From Candidatus Latescibacterota bacterium (GTDB lineage Bacteria; Latescibacterota; UBA2968; GCA-2709665), in contig OZ241917.1 of assembly GCA_965203805.1 (NCBI GenBank), positions 960,001 through 1,024,000 of the forward strand: a stretch of 64,000 nt of DNA. Reading direction: 5' to 3'. Made by a program: the position numbers and the translations under genes. The notes below the pieces were generated by a model. The model made no database searches. It saw only the letters and a program-made list of their open reading frames with translations, and had not been told where the DNA came from. Every line of letters starts with the position of its first letter. Position 1 is the first letter of the stretch. Positions 47,661-57,327 of the stretch are shown here, piece by piece.

Positions 47661-48539
47661 TTGAAGATACGCAAGGCGGTGATCGCTGCGGCCGGGCATG
47701 GCAGTCGGATGTTGCCGGCTACCAAAGCCCTGCCCAAGGAGATGATGCCCGTCGTCGACAAACCGGCCATACAGTACATTGTTGAAGAGCTGGTCGAAGC
47801 CGGCATCGAAGACATCCTGATGATCACGGGCAGAGGCAAACGGTCCATTGAAGACCACTTCGACCGCAACGTCGAAATCCACAACGCCCTCGCAATGCGG
47901 GAAGACAGCTCGATGATTGCGACCCTCGAACGCATCGAGCGGCTCGCCGACATCCACTATCTCCGGCAGAGAGAACTGCTCGGCACCGGGCACGCCGTCC
48001 TGAAGGCCCGCAAACACATCGGCGACGAACCCTTTGCCGTTTTATTCGGAGACGATCTGGTGGTGTCGGAACGTCCGTGCATAGGGCAACTGATGGACCA
48101 TTACGACAGATTGGGTGCGTCGATTCTGGCGGTTAAGGAAGTCGCCCGCGAACGTGTCGGAAGCTACGGTGTGATCCGGGCCGAACCCGCCAACGGGGCT
48201 TATCTCGTAAAGGCCCTGGTGGAAAAACCCGAACCCGTGCAGGCGCCTTCGAATTTCGCCTGTCTTGGTCGGTATATCTTTGAACCCGACATCTTCGATT
48301 TTCTGGATCGAATCAGCCCGGTGGATAACGGCGAGTACCAGCTCACCGACGCGATTCAACTCATGATTCAATCCCGCCCCGTTTACGCGTGCGCGATCGA
48401 AGGGGACTGGCACACGGTTGGCGACCTGCTTTCGTACGTCCAAACGTCGGTCTCATTTGCCCTGATGCACCCCGAAATCGGCCAATCCTTCCGCGAATAC
48501 CTGAAAACCGTCTGCCAGGTTCCACCCTCCGATCGCTAG
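47661..48539 (+). CDS. galU: UTP-glucose-1-phosphate uridylyltransferase
   Basis: KAVIAAAGHGSRMLPATKALPKEM, IEDHFD, VEKP, QLTDAI; GGAGG before TTG 47661. Confidence 0.93.
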   Translation: MKIRKAVIAAAGHGSRMLPATKALPKEMMPVVDKPAIQYIVEELVEAGIEDILMITGRGKRSIEDHFDRNVEIHNALAMREDSSMIATLERIERLADIHYLRQRELLGTGHAVLKARKHIGDEPFAVLFGDDLVVSERPCIGQLMDHYDRLGASILAVKEVARERVGSYGVIRAEPANGAYLVKALVEKPEPVQAPSNFACLGRYIFEPDIFDFLDRISPVDNGEYQLTDAIQLMIQSRPVYACAIEGDWHTVGDLLSYVQTSVSFALMHPEIGQSFREYLKTVCQVPPSDR

Positions 48540-48542
48540 GCG

Positions 48543-49043
48543 TCACTCGGCTTCAGAAAGGGACCGCCAGGCGTCAAGAATGCCGTTGAAATCATCCAGA
48601 ATCCTCTCTGCGCCGGCGACAATTTCACGTTCGTGTCTCGCGATCCACTTCATATCCCGCCCACTTACAATGTTGCGTCTCTCACAGGACTCAAGCTCAT
48701 CCCGATCCAGAACCGTAAGCCGGCCTTCCGGATCGTACCAGAGGTCCAGCAGGAGGTCGACGTAGTCCACGCAACGATCGCCGACCTCCAGATTTCTGCA
48801 GATGTGAAAGAGATGGCCCAGGAGCCGCCCTTCCGGGTCGCACATCTTCCACAGCACATACCCCGCTCCCTGCCGATAATACCCGTAGGTTACGGACCCG
48901 GTGCGAATCGCCGTGTCCCCAACACGGCCCGGCCGTACATTCACATATCTGAGCACCACGCAGTCGCCGGTGTGCACGATGGGATCGCAGGCAAAGACGG
49001 CGTCCGGCTTGTCCAGGTGCCGCTTTACCTCCCGAAACTTCAT
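48543..49043 (-). CDS. DUF402-domain protein
   Basis: YVDLLLDLW...VLDRDEL acidic signature; start MKFREVK overlaps (ATGA) the upstream small ORF. Confidence 0.8.
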   Translation of the reverse strand: MKFREVKRHLDKPDAVFACDPIVHTGDCVVLRYVNVRPGRVGDTAIRTGSVTYGYYRQGAGYVLWKMCDPEGRLLGHLFHICRNLEVGDRCVDYVDLLLDLWYDPEGRLTVLDRDELESCERRNIVSGRDMKWIARHEREIVAGAERILDDFNGILDAWRSLSEAE

Positions 49044-49216
49044 GGCGAAAGAGAACGGGTCAGCATATAACAGAACAGCATCGTTGTGCTCGCCACCAGC
49101 CAGCATGCCCATTGAAGCAGCTTTGCCCGTCGCCCGGCCATACCGGACGAAATGGACTGGCCGAGATAGCAAATCAGAAACACCAGCGAAATGCCGATAC
49201 CCCAGATCGTAATCAA
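49040..49216 (-). CDS. Unannotated 58-aa two-TM membrane protein
   Basis: GAGGAGG RBS, TTG start, MITIWGIGISLVFLICYLG...LLQWACWLVASTTMLFCYMLT; ATGA coupling to DUF402. Confidence 0.7.
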   Translation of the reverse strand: MITIWGIGISLVFLICYLGQSISSGMAGRRAKLLQWACWLVASTTMLFCYMLTRSLSP

Positions 49217-49228
49217 GAATGGCCCTCC

Positions 49229-49972
49229 TCACTCCTGCGCCTGTGCTTCACCCGTCATCGGAACAAACCGGACGGCAATAACCCGTTCTTCCCTTACGCC
49301 GTCCTTCTCCTTGACGAGTAACGTCAGGGTTTGATTATCGGTGCCGACAGGTATCACCATGCGCCCCCCTTCCCGAAGCTGTTCAACGAGCTTCGGGGGA
49401 ATATGGTCGGGCGCCGCGGTTACGATCACCGCGTCGAACGGCGCGTGTTCCGCCCAGCCGCGGTACCCGTCGCCGAGGCGTACGCTGATATTGTCGTATC
49501 CCATACGTCTGAGTCGCACCTCGGCCTGCCGGGCGAGCGACGGCACGATCTCGATCGTATACACTTCCCGCACCAGCTTTGCCAGAACGGCCGCCTGGTA
49601 CCCCGAGCCGGTTCCCACCTCCAGCACGCGCTCGTCCCCTTCAAGGGCCAGCAATTCCGTCATTCTCGCCACGATGTACGGCTGTGAAATCGTCTGGTCT
49701 TCCCCGATCGGCAGCGCGCCGTCGTCGTATGCCCGCGCTTTGAGGTGCGGGGGCACGAAAAGGTGGCGCGGTATCCCCAACAAGGCGTTCAACACGCGCC
49801 GGTCCTTGATTCCGCGGCGCTCGATCTGTGTCTTTACCATCTTCCTGCGCATAATGAGAAATCGCGCCTCCTCATCAGCCGACATCCCCTGTCCGTCGGT
49901 CGAATCCGCACTACATCCCGCGCTAAGCGCTATCCACAGCGCCGGCATTGTTGCGCCGCGTAAGCGATGCAT
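49229..49972 (-). CDS. pcm: Protein-L-isoaspartate O-methyltransferase with an N-terminal signal-like extension
   Basis: QTISQP, VLEVGTGSGY, APFDAVIVTAA, VRFVPM. Confidence 0.95.
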   Translation of the reverse strand: MHRLRGATMPALWIALSAGCSADSTDGQGMSADEEARFLIMRRKMVKTQIERRGIKDRRVLNALLGIPRHLFVPPHLKARAYDDGALPIGEDQTISQPYIVARMTELLALEGDERVLEVGTGSGYQAAVLAKLVREVYTIEIVPSLARQAEVRLRRMGYDNISVRLGDGYRGWAEHAPFDAVIVTAAPDHIPPKLVEQLREGGRMVIPVGTDNQTLTLLVKEKDGVREERVIAVRFVPMTGEAQAQE

Positions 49973-49993
49973 GACCTGCGCCCTCCGGGAGAA

Positions 49994-51595
49994 TCACTGT
50001 TTCCTGCTCTCCAGGTATGCCCTGTCTCGCTGCAGAAGGTCCGGATTCAGCCGGTAGAAAAGTTCCCGGGCCTGGGGCAGCATCCTGGTGGTGACGACAA
50101 ACCGGCCGTCGAGCAATAGCGAAGGATTCATCGACGGATCGATACCCGCTTTCGCCGCCGCCTTCAGGGACCGTAATGCCATCGAGGGGCCTTCGTCTGC
50201 CACGCAGCGCTTTATGCGTTCGACGTCCATTGCATGCTGCTCCATGCAGGCGGTACTGGACTCTGCGGCGCCGTCCTCAGACGCACCCGCGAAAACGCAC
50301 TTCGCAAATGCCCTGTAACGATGGGGATAGAGCTGCCGAACACACAAGCTGGAAGAGGCGTTCTCGACCCGCCCGAACGGATGGAGGCGCAGACGTTCCG
50401 GCGCATCGACGGCGTCCAGCCAGGACAGCAGCCCCCCGACTGTTCGTGCCGTCGATGGCGACACTCCCGCAAAGAAGAAGTCCATACGACCCGGAACGGC
50501 CTTCCGTCCCATCAGCCGCGTGACGGGCAGAAGCACGGGCCGCGGCACGTAACTGTCGCCAATCGGATAGACGGCCTGCGCAAATCTCTGAAACCGGGCT
50601 GTCGTGGCGAATCCCGATCCCATAATGAACGCGGGCACCCGGTCGACCCGATAGCGTTGCGCCAGTTTCCTCCCCTGCCGGGAGTGTACATTTACCGTTT
50701 GAACATCCACACCCGGGAACAACTCGCGGGTGGACCGGACAAACATCCCCGGATCGCACAGGTCGCATTCGGAGTCGTTCAAGACCGTCATCCTGAAGTC
50801 GACGGGATCGCTGAACCTGCACATCGCCGAGGGCTTGCCGGCATCAACGCAGATTCCGACCCGTCCCGTCGACGCACAGTCCTTATCGGCCCCGCAAACC
50901 GGAACCGCCGCGCACGGCCCCGCCAGACTGTCGATCCCGCAGATCCGGCGCGCCAGACCCTGCCTTTCGATTCCTCCCTCTACTTCCTCGCCGTTGACGT
51001 ACAGGGTCGGCGACGCCTGGATGCCCAGGCGATTGGCCCTCCGGATATTGTCGCGGAAAAGCGCTTCGCCTTCTGCACCGGACGCGGCCGCGGCCACCCG
51101 TTCAGGATCGATTCCCGCCCGCCGCGCGCTGGCCTGCCAATCCGGAGAACCCATGTTTTCATTTCTATGGAGAATATAGTCAAAGTAGCGGTCGGGATAC
51201 AAATGCATCATGACGACCTGCCGGATTCCTTCCTCCACTTCCGCGTCGCCATGCAGGCTGAGGAATCGGCCCGTACCGTATACCGAGCCTGACTCGCAGG
51301 TCTCGCGTCCGGACGCGTGCGGCCTGAGCGGCGCGGTGGGCGCGGACCCCTTTCCCGCCTCCTGAGCGATGAAATGCAGCCGGAAATCGATACCATTTCC
51401 AAACGCCTTCAGCGCGGGTTCGAGCGCCGCTTCCGCCCGCATACCGTACGGACAGTGCGCCATCACAAACAACTCAACCCGTACGCGTTCCGGTGAATCC
51501 CCGGCCTCACCTGCAGAAACGTCGGCATCGGGAACCGGAAGCCAGGGCAATATGCCCGCGCACAAGGATGTGATCACTCCCCGAGTGAGTCGCAT
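49994..51595 (-). CDS. Exported multi-domain thioredoxin-fold (GILT/DsbA-like), Cys-rich protein
   Basis: Signal peptide, VELFVMAHCPYG, SLHGDAE, ASPTLYVNG cis-Pro loop, CDLC, VPAF. Confidence 0.7.
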   Translation of the reverse strand: MRLTRGVITSLCAGILPWLPVPDADVSAGEAGDSPERVRVELFVMAHCPYGMRAEAALEPALKAFGNGIDFRLHFIAQEAGKGSAPTAPLRPHASGRETCESGSVYGTGRFLSLHGDAEVEEGIRQVVMMHLYPDRYFDYILHRNENMGSPDWQASARRAGIDPERVAAAASGAEGEALFRDNIRRANRLGIQASPTLYVNGEEVEGGIERQGLARRICGIDSLAGPCAAVPVCGADKDCASTGRVGICVDAGKPSAMCRFSDPVDFRMTVLNDSECDLCDPGMFVRSTRELFPGVDVQTVNVHSRQGRKLAQRYRVDRVPAFIMGSGFATTARFQRFAQAVYPIGDSYVPRPVLLPVTRLMGRKAVPGRMDFFFAGVSPSTARTVGGLLSWLDAVDAPERLRLHPFGRVENASSSLCVRQLYPHRYRAFAKCVFAGASEDGAAESSTACMEQHAMDVERIKRCVADEGPSMALRSLKAAAKAGIDPSMNPSLLLDGRFVVTTRMLPQARELFYRLNPDLLQRDRAYLESRKQ

Positions 51596-51825
51596 TTTCG
51601 TCAGACCTGCGGTTACAGCATCAAAACGGGTGTGGTTGCCGGGCGTAAAATGGAGATCATGCATCGCGGCCAGGAGGCTTTGGCCGGGCCCGGCGAATGC
51701 TGGCCTTCCGGCGGCGCGGAAGTGCGTTTCCCAGCCTGGCCGGTTGCCCGTTGGCGGCGCCGGAACAAGAAAGGCCGCCTCTGGCTGAGAGACGACCTTC
51801 ACGTTGCAGCGCCAGACGTGAATTC

Positions 51826-52626
51826 CTATTTCAAAAGCATCATTCGCCTGGACGCCGAGAAGTCGGCGGCCTGCAGCCGATACAAATAAATCCCGCTGGC
51901 GACCTGGCGTCCCAATTCGTCCATGCCATCCCAGGTGGCTGTATAGTGGCCCGCTTCGGTTCGGGCATCCAGCAGAACGCGAACTTCCTGACCAAGGAGA
52001 TTATAGACGACCAGCCTGACCTGCCCGGCCTCCGCAATCTGATACTCGATCGTTGTGGAGGGGTTGAACGGATTCGGCATATTCTGGCTCAGGGCCGTAC
52101 GGTCCGGCAGTGCTTTCAGGCTTCCGATTTCAATTTGCGTGAGCAGGTCGATATTTCCATCGAGTCCGACCAGAACCCCCTCGGCAATCTGAAAATCCGT
52201 TGCCACCGGCGTTTCGGTGGTCTTGAAGACGAGTTCAACGAGAGCGCCCGCGCCGCTGGACCCCACGCCATCGACCTTCATGGCGCCGATATCCAGTTTT
52301 CCGGGCGTCCTGTCAGACGACAGGAAGAGCGTACTCCGTTCAGACCCGGATGACAGCAGATTTCCGTCGGCCTCCCTCGCTTCGAGAAACTCGTACCTGG
52401 CCGGATCGTAGATCAGTGAGAATCCGTACCCCTTCAGGTTCTTGGCCTCTGCGAGCGATACGAGCAGTTTCAGGACACCCTCATCCGTGTCCTGTCCGTC
52501 CGCCCGTTCCAGCATCAGCCGGGCGTATGAATTCTGACCGCCCGAAATGGTCAATCCATCGGTCATTTCCCCGGCAGTCGCCGAACCTGCCAGAGCGAGT
52601 AAGACCAGAACAATTACCTTCCGCAT
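51826..52626 (-). CDS. Secreted cohesin-like protein with an FlgD-Ig/T9SS-type C-terminal domain
   Basis: Signal peptide; LSQNMPNPFNPSTTIEY...YNLLGQEV...WDG...ASGIYLYRL...MMLLK; AAGGAGG RBS. Confidence 0.85.
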   Translation of the reverse strand: MRKVIVLVLLALAGSATAGEMTDGLTISGGQNSYARLMLERADGQDTDEGVLKLLVSLAEAKNLKGYGFSLIYDPARYEFLEAREADGNLLSSGSERSTLFLSSDRTPGKLDIGAMKVDGVGSSGAGALVELVFKTTETPVATDFQIAEGVLVGLDGNIDLLTQIEIGSLKALPDRTALSQNMPNPFNPSTTIEYQIAEAGQVRLVVYNLLGQEVRVLLDARTEAGHYTATWDGMDELGRQVASGIYLYRLQAADFSASRRMMLLK

Positions 52627-52682
52627 AACCGCCTCCTTTCGGGACCCACTCCAGCCGAAGTTCTCAATACGTCACGGTATGA

Positions 52683-52711
52683 AATTTACGATGTACGCCA
52701 TCCCGTGTCAA
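52683..52711 (-). promoter_or_regulatory. Sigma-70 promoter
   Basis: TTGACA-17-TAAATT. Confidence 0.65.
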
Positions 52712-52847
52712 CAGGGAATTGCGACGGTATCTTCGCAAATATCCGTATTTTCCAGCGACTGGCGCTCCGGGCCACAGGCCGATAGCAGGCTGGGTGACGC
52801 AAGCGCGCGTATTTCGAACCACGGCGCGGCCAGGTTCCGCCCCGGAA

Positions 52848-54371
52848 TCACAGGTCGCGAACATCGCCACCGAAATAACCCCGAATCGCATCGACGAGTC
52901 CGGAGATGCCGATTTCCCGTCCGGCGGCCTGCGCGACAACCGGAAATCCCAGATTACAGGCCATCTCGGCAGTTGTGGGTCCAATACATGCGGCGCGGAG
53001 TGTCCGTGGCAGTTCCGGCATTCCGAATTGCTTTAATAATTCTACGCAATTTTTTGCCGCAGAGGGACTTGAAAAGACAACCAGATCCACTTCCCTTCGA
53101 TTCAGGCGCGCAACGGTCTCGCTTGAAATGTGCGAGGGCCTCACGGTTCGGTAGACGACGATCTCGCGCACCCGCGCCCCTTGCGCTCGCAATGCGTCGG
53201 GGACTGTTTTCCGCCCTATATTGCCTCGGGGAATCAGCACGCGCTGGCCGGACACGCGTATTCCCGCGAACTGTTCCGCGAGGTCGGCCGCGGTGTGCTG
53301 GCACGGGCACAAATCCACCAGCAGGCCGTAACTCCGTATCCTCTCGGCGGTGGTCTGTCCGACGGCGGCAATCCGGATGTCCGACAGACTTCGGAGGTCG
53401 CCATGTCTTACACGCACCCGCCGGAGAAATCGTTCCACCGCGTTACCGCTTGCGAATACAAGCCAGTCAACGCGGTTCAACCTGCCAATCTCCACGTCGG
53501 CGGGCGCCCAGTCCGCCGGCTCCACGATACGGATGGCGGGGGCCACCAGGACGTCCGCTCCCAACCCCGTCAGCATGCCATGCAGCTCTCCGGCGTGTTC
53601 CCGGCTGCGTGTCAACAGGATACGTCGTCCGAAAAGCGGCAGCCGCTCAAACCACGGAAAGTCCGATCCGGCGACTTCACCCACCACAATCGCCGCGGGA
53701 CTGTCCGCCTCTGCCCCGGCTAGCGTGCCGAGGGTGCATCGCACGGTTTTCTGGCCCGGTAACGTACCGTCTTGTACCACGGCAACGGGCGTATCGGCCG
53801 GTCGCCCGGCCTGGATCAATCGACGGGCGACCTCGCCCCGGTTTCGCACCCCCATCAGCACGACCAGCGTCCCGCCCAGCCGGCCCAGCGCCTGCCAGTC
53901 TACCTCCGGCAGGGCGTCCAGAGACTCCCGGTGACCCGTCAGAAAGGTCACGTGGGGCGCGATCGCGCGGTGCGTGACCGGAATGCCCGCGTATGCGGGC
54001 GCCGCGATCGCGCTGGTTATTCCCGGAATGACTTCAAACCGGACGCCCGCCTTCTCCAGCGTCGCCATTTCCTCTCCGCCGCGCCCGAAAACGAAAGGGT
54101 CTCCGCCCTTCAGACGCACGACGTTGAGCCCTTTTCCAGCTCTGGCGACCATGAGGCGGTTGATCCGCTCCTGTTGTCGCTCCTGCGCGCCGGGTTGTTT
54201 GCCGACGTCGATCCGTTCACAGTGCGGCGGCGCTTCATCGAGCAATGCGGGATTCGCCAGGCTGTCGTAGAGAATGACATCCGCCTGCCGGATGCGGCGA
54301 AGGGCCTTTATTGTTATCAGTTCGGGATCGCCCGGGCCCGCGCCAACGAGAAAAACAGCGCCTTCCGACAT
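52848..54371 (-). CDS. cobA: Uroporphyrinogen-III C-methyltransferase / uroporphyrinogen-III synthase fusion (CobA-HemD)
   Basis: GAGPGDP, RLKGGDPFVFGRGGEE, then HemD RILLTR, FSSPSA, IGPTTA. Confidence 0.95.
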   Translation of the reverse strand: MSEGAVFLVGAGPGDPELITIKALRRIRQADVILYDSLANPALLDEAPPHCERIDVGKQPGAQERQQERINRLMVARAGKGLNVVRLKGGDPFVFGRGGEEMATLEKAGVRFEVIPGITSAIAAPAYAGIPVTHRAIAPHVTFLTGHRESLDALPEVDWQALGRLGGTLVVLMGVRNRGEVARRLIQAGRPADTPVAVVQDGTLPGQKTVRCTLGTLAGAEADSPAAIVVGEVAGSDFPWFERLPLFGRRILLTRSREHAGELHGMLTGLGADVLVAPAIRIVEPADWAPADVEIGRLNRVDWLVFASGNAVERFLRRVRVRHGDLRSLSDIRIAAVGQTTAERIRSYGLLVDLCPCQHTAADLAEQFAGIRVSGQRVLIPRGNIGRKTVPDALRAQGARVREIVVYRTVRPSHISSETVARLNRREVDLVVFSSPSAAKNCVELLKQFGMPELPRTLRAACIGPTTAEMACNLGFPVVAQAAGREIGISGLVDAIRGYFGGDVRDL

Positions 54372-54438
54372 GATCGCCCCTGGTTTACAGTCCCGGAACC
54401 GGCTGCACCGCAGCCACAAAGGAAAACCTGACTGCTTT

Positions 54439-55359
54439 TCAATCGACTTCGCCCAGCATCTCCATCGCACCCCGCGCGATCAGCAATTCCGAGAGCCTCC
54501 TGCCAACGTCAATGCATCCGTCCGGAATTCCCGTCGTCCGGGCGCGGACGACCCTGCTGCCGTCCGGAACCGCCACCATCCCGTCCGCGACGAGAGCCCC
54601 CTTCCGCAGGCGCGCCCACGCGCCGATTGGAACCTGACATCCGCCATCGAGTTCATCCAGCATGGCGCGCTCGGCGCTCACCGCGAAATGCGTGGAACGA
54701 TCGTGCAAACAGCCCACGGCCTGTGCCACCCGATCGTCGCACCGCCTGACTTCGATGCCGAGTGCGCCCTGTCCGGGCGCCGGTAGAAAGCGACGTGCGG
54801 GCAGAAACTCGTCGATGCGATGTTGCAGTCCGAGCCGGATCAGGCCGGCAGCGGCCAGGACGACGGCATCGAGTTCTCCTTCGTTCAGTTTCCGCAGGCG
54901 TGTGTCCACGTTTCCACGAATCCCTTCGACGTTCAGATCGGGTCTGACATGCCGCAACTGCGCCTGGCGTCTCAGGCTGCCCGTACCCACCACCGATCCT
55001 TCCGGCAGGCCGTCGAGCCGTTGACCGGCGCGGCTCACCAGCGCATCCCGGACATCCATCCGTCGGCTCGTGGCCTCCAGGCGCAATCCGTCGGGCAGCC
55101 GGGTGGGCAGGTCCTTGAGGGAGTGTACGGCCAAGTCGATCCGCCCATCGAGAAGCGCCTCCTCGATTTCTCTGGTAAAAACACGTTTGCCGCCAATCCG
55201 GGCAACCGGCTCGTTCAACGCCTGGTCACCCAGGGTTCTTATGACTTCAATGCGAACATCGAGACCGGAATACGCGTCCTGCAGCTTCTTTCGGGCCCAC
55301 GACGCCTGGCGGAGAGCGAGGGGGCTGCCGCGGCTGCCGATCACAAGGCGAGTCAGCAT
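54439..55359 (-). CDS. hemC: Hydroxymethylbilane synthase
   Basis: GSRGSPLA, AVHSLKD, GSLRR, RGNVDTR, GGCQVP. Confidence 0.97.
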   Translation of the reverse strand: MLTRLVIGSRGSPLALRQASWARKKLQDAYSGLDVRIEVIRTLGDQALNEPVARIGGKRVFTREIEEALLDGRIDLAVHSLKDLPTRLPDGLRLEATSRRMDVRDALVSRAGQRLDGLPEGSVVGTGSLRRQAQLRHVRPDLNVEGIRGNVDTRLRKLNEGELDAVVLAAAGLIRLGLQHRIDEFLPARRFLPAPGQGALGIEVRRCDDRVAQAVGCLHDRSTHFAVSAERAMLDELDGGCQVPIGAWARLRKGALVADGMVAVPDGSRVVRARTTGIPDGCIDVGRRLSELLIARGAMEMLGEVD

Positions 55360-56678
55360 TCGGTCTGCACCCTTTCTACGGGTGTTTCCGGCGGAGACGG
55401 TCTCACCGCGCTCGCCGGGGTCGCTTCCAGGTCGAACAGGCGGACCAACGCGTCGACATAATTCAGAGCCTCACCTGAATTGGCGGCTTCACGCAGCCGT
55501 ACCTGCGGAGCGTGCAACAGCTTGTTCATATAGAGCCTCAGGAGGGCAGCCACCTTCTCCTGCTGGATCTCCGTGAGATCCGACAACCTGGCACGATCGA
55601 GTTCTTCGTCGAGAAGCTCCTGAAACCTCTGTCGCATGGCCACAATTGCCGGCACCACGTCCAGAGAGTTCAGCCACGAAGCAAATCCACGTACCTCTTC
55701 GTCCACAATATTCCGGGCCTTCTCCGCCTCACGTCTCCTTTTCTTCATGTTTGCCCCGACCACCGCCTGCAGATCGTCGATGTCATATAGGAAGACATTG
55801 TAGAGTGCGCCGGCTTCCGGGTCGATGTCTCTCGGAACCGCAATGTCGATGAGGAACATCGCGTTGTTCCTCCGCTGCTGCATCGCCCGCGAGACCCGGG
55901 GCTTTTTCAGGATCGGGACCGTCGCGCTGGTTGAACTGATCACGATGTCGGCGCGGTGGAGGCCATCCATCGCATCCTCCCATGACATCGCCTTCCCATT
56001 CACACGTTTCGCCAGGTCGCGCGCCCGCGCAAACGTCCGGCTGGACACCATCAGCCGCCCGACACCCTTATCCACGAGGTGCCTGGCGGTCAATTCGCTC
56101 ATGTCCCCCGCGCCCAACACCAGGGCCGTCCTTTCGTCCAGATTGCCCAGGATCTTTCCGGCCAGCGCCACGGCCGCAAAACTGACCGAAACCGCGCCGT
56201 CGGCGATTTCGGTTTCCGTCCGCGCCCGTTTGGAGGTCTCGACGGCCGAACGAAACAAACGATTGAGAATGGCGCCGCTTGTACCCGCTTCCAGGGCCCG
56301 GGCGCCCGCATCTTTCACCTGCCCTGCAATCTGCGGCTCGCCCATGATCATCGAATCCAGTCCCGACGCCACACCCAGCAGGTGTCTGACCGCGTCCATG
56401 TCGTTGAGGGTGAACGTGTACCCGTCCAACTCAGCCGCGTCGATCCCGCTGGTACTGCTGAAAACGCCAAGCACGCCGGCGCGCGCGGTCTCCGAATCGT
56501 CCGACACCAGGTAGGCCTCGGAGCGGTTGCAGGTTGAAATGAGACTGCATTCGTTCACGGTATCGAGCGCGCGCAATCGATTGAGGACGGACCGGTGCTG
56601 CTGTTCGGAGACCGACACGCGGTCCCGGATTTCCACCGAAGCCGTCCGATGGTTCAATCCAACCACTACGATAGACAT
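55353..56678 (-). CDS. hemA: Glutamyl-tRNA reductase
   Basis: GLNHRTA, STCNR, GEPQIAGQ, GAGDM, DIAVPRD. Confidence 0.97.
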   Translation of the reverse strand: MSIVVVGLNHRTASVEIRDRVSVSEQQHRSVLNRLRALDTVNECSLISTCNRSEAYLVSDDSETARAGVLGVFSSTSGIDAAELDGYTFTLNDMDAVRHLLGVASGLDSMIMGEPQIAGQVKDAGARALEAGTSGAILNRLFRSAVETSKRARTETEIADGAVSVSFAAVALAGKILGNLDERTALVLGAGDMSELTARHLVDKGVGRLMVSSRTFARARDLAKRVNGKAMSWEDAMDGLHRADIVISSTSATVPILKKPRVSRAMQQRRNNAMFLIDIAVPRDIDPEAGALYNVFLYDIDDLQAVVGANMKKRRREAEKARNIVDEEVRGFASWLNSLDVVPAIVAMRQRFQELLDEELDRARLSDLTEIQQEKVAALLRLYMNKLLHAPQVRLREAANSGEALNYVDALVRLFDLEATPASAVRPSPPETPVERVQTEC

Positions 56679-57307
56679 GCGTGTACTTTCCTGTCGAGTT
56701 CGTCCCATCGTTCGCGCCGGATCAGTTCCACGGTCTCCCAGTTCACCAGCCGGTCCCACACCGCCTTTCGCCGTGCGGGACTTTCGGGAAACCGCGCCAT
56801 CACCCGCGGACGCAACCCGGCCAGATAGTCAACCACGCCGGCGTGTTCGCGCCCGAGAACATCCTCGAGGTGCCGCTTGACCAGACGCGCGTACGCAGGG
56901 CTGCCCCCGGCGGTCGAAACCGCCACCTGAAGCCCGCCGCGACGCACCGTGGCGGGCACGGAAAAGTCCCCCGCGCCAATGCCGTCCGAGCGATTCACCG
57001 GCGTGTCGTTTTCGCCGGCGGCCAGTGCGACCTCCTCGTTCACTGACGCGCGGTCCGTGGCAGCGAAGACGAGAAACGCATCTCTCGTGTCACTCCGTTC
57101 GAATGCGCGACGTTCCAGACGAACCCGCCCGGCGGCGGCCAGGCCCTCAAGGGAGCCGGATGCGACCGGCGCGATCACCGTCACGTCCGCGCCCGCGGCG
57201 AGCAGGCCGCGTACTTTCCGCTCGGCGACGGCGCCACCGCCTGCCACGACGCATTTCCGGTTTCGCAAGTCCAGAAAGACCGGGTACTCAGCCCATTCGC
57301 CCGCCAT
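56666..57307 (-). CDS. Precorrin-2 dehydrogenase/sirohydrochlorin ferrochelatase (SirC/CysG-N)
   Basis: YPVFL, GGGAVAERK, AVSTAGGSP. Confidence 0.92.
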   Translation of the reverse strand: MAGEWAEYPVFLDLRNRKCVVAGGGAVAERKVRGLLAAGADVTVIAPVASGSLEGLAAAGRVRLERRAFERSDTRDAFLVFAATDRASVNEEVALAAGENDTPVNRSDGIGAGDFSVPATVRRGGLQVAVSTAGGSPAYARLVKRHLEDVLGREHAGVVDYLAGLRPRVMARFPESPARRKAVWDRLVNWETVELIRRERWDELDRKVHACLS

Positions 57308-57327
57308 ATACGCCCGCGCAAATTAAC

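Noticed and set aside
49044-49232. N-terminal extension of the DUF402 ORF
   Set aside because: Better explained by the 58-aa membrane ORF in another frame with a strong RBS
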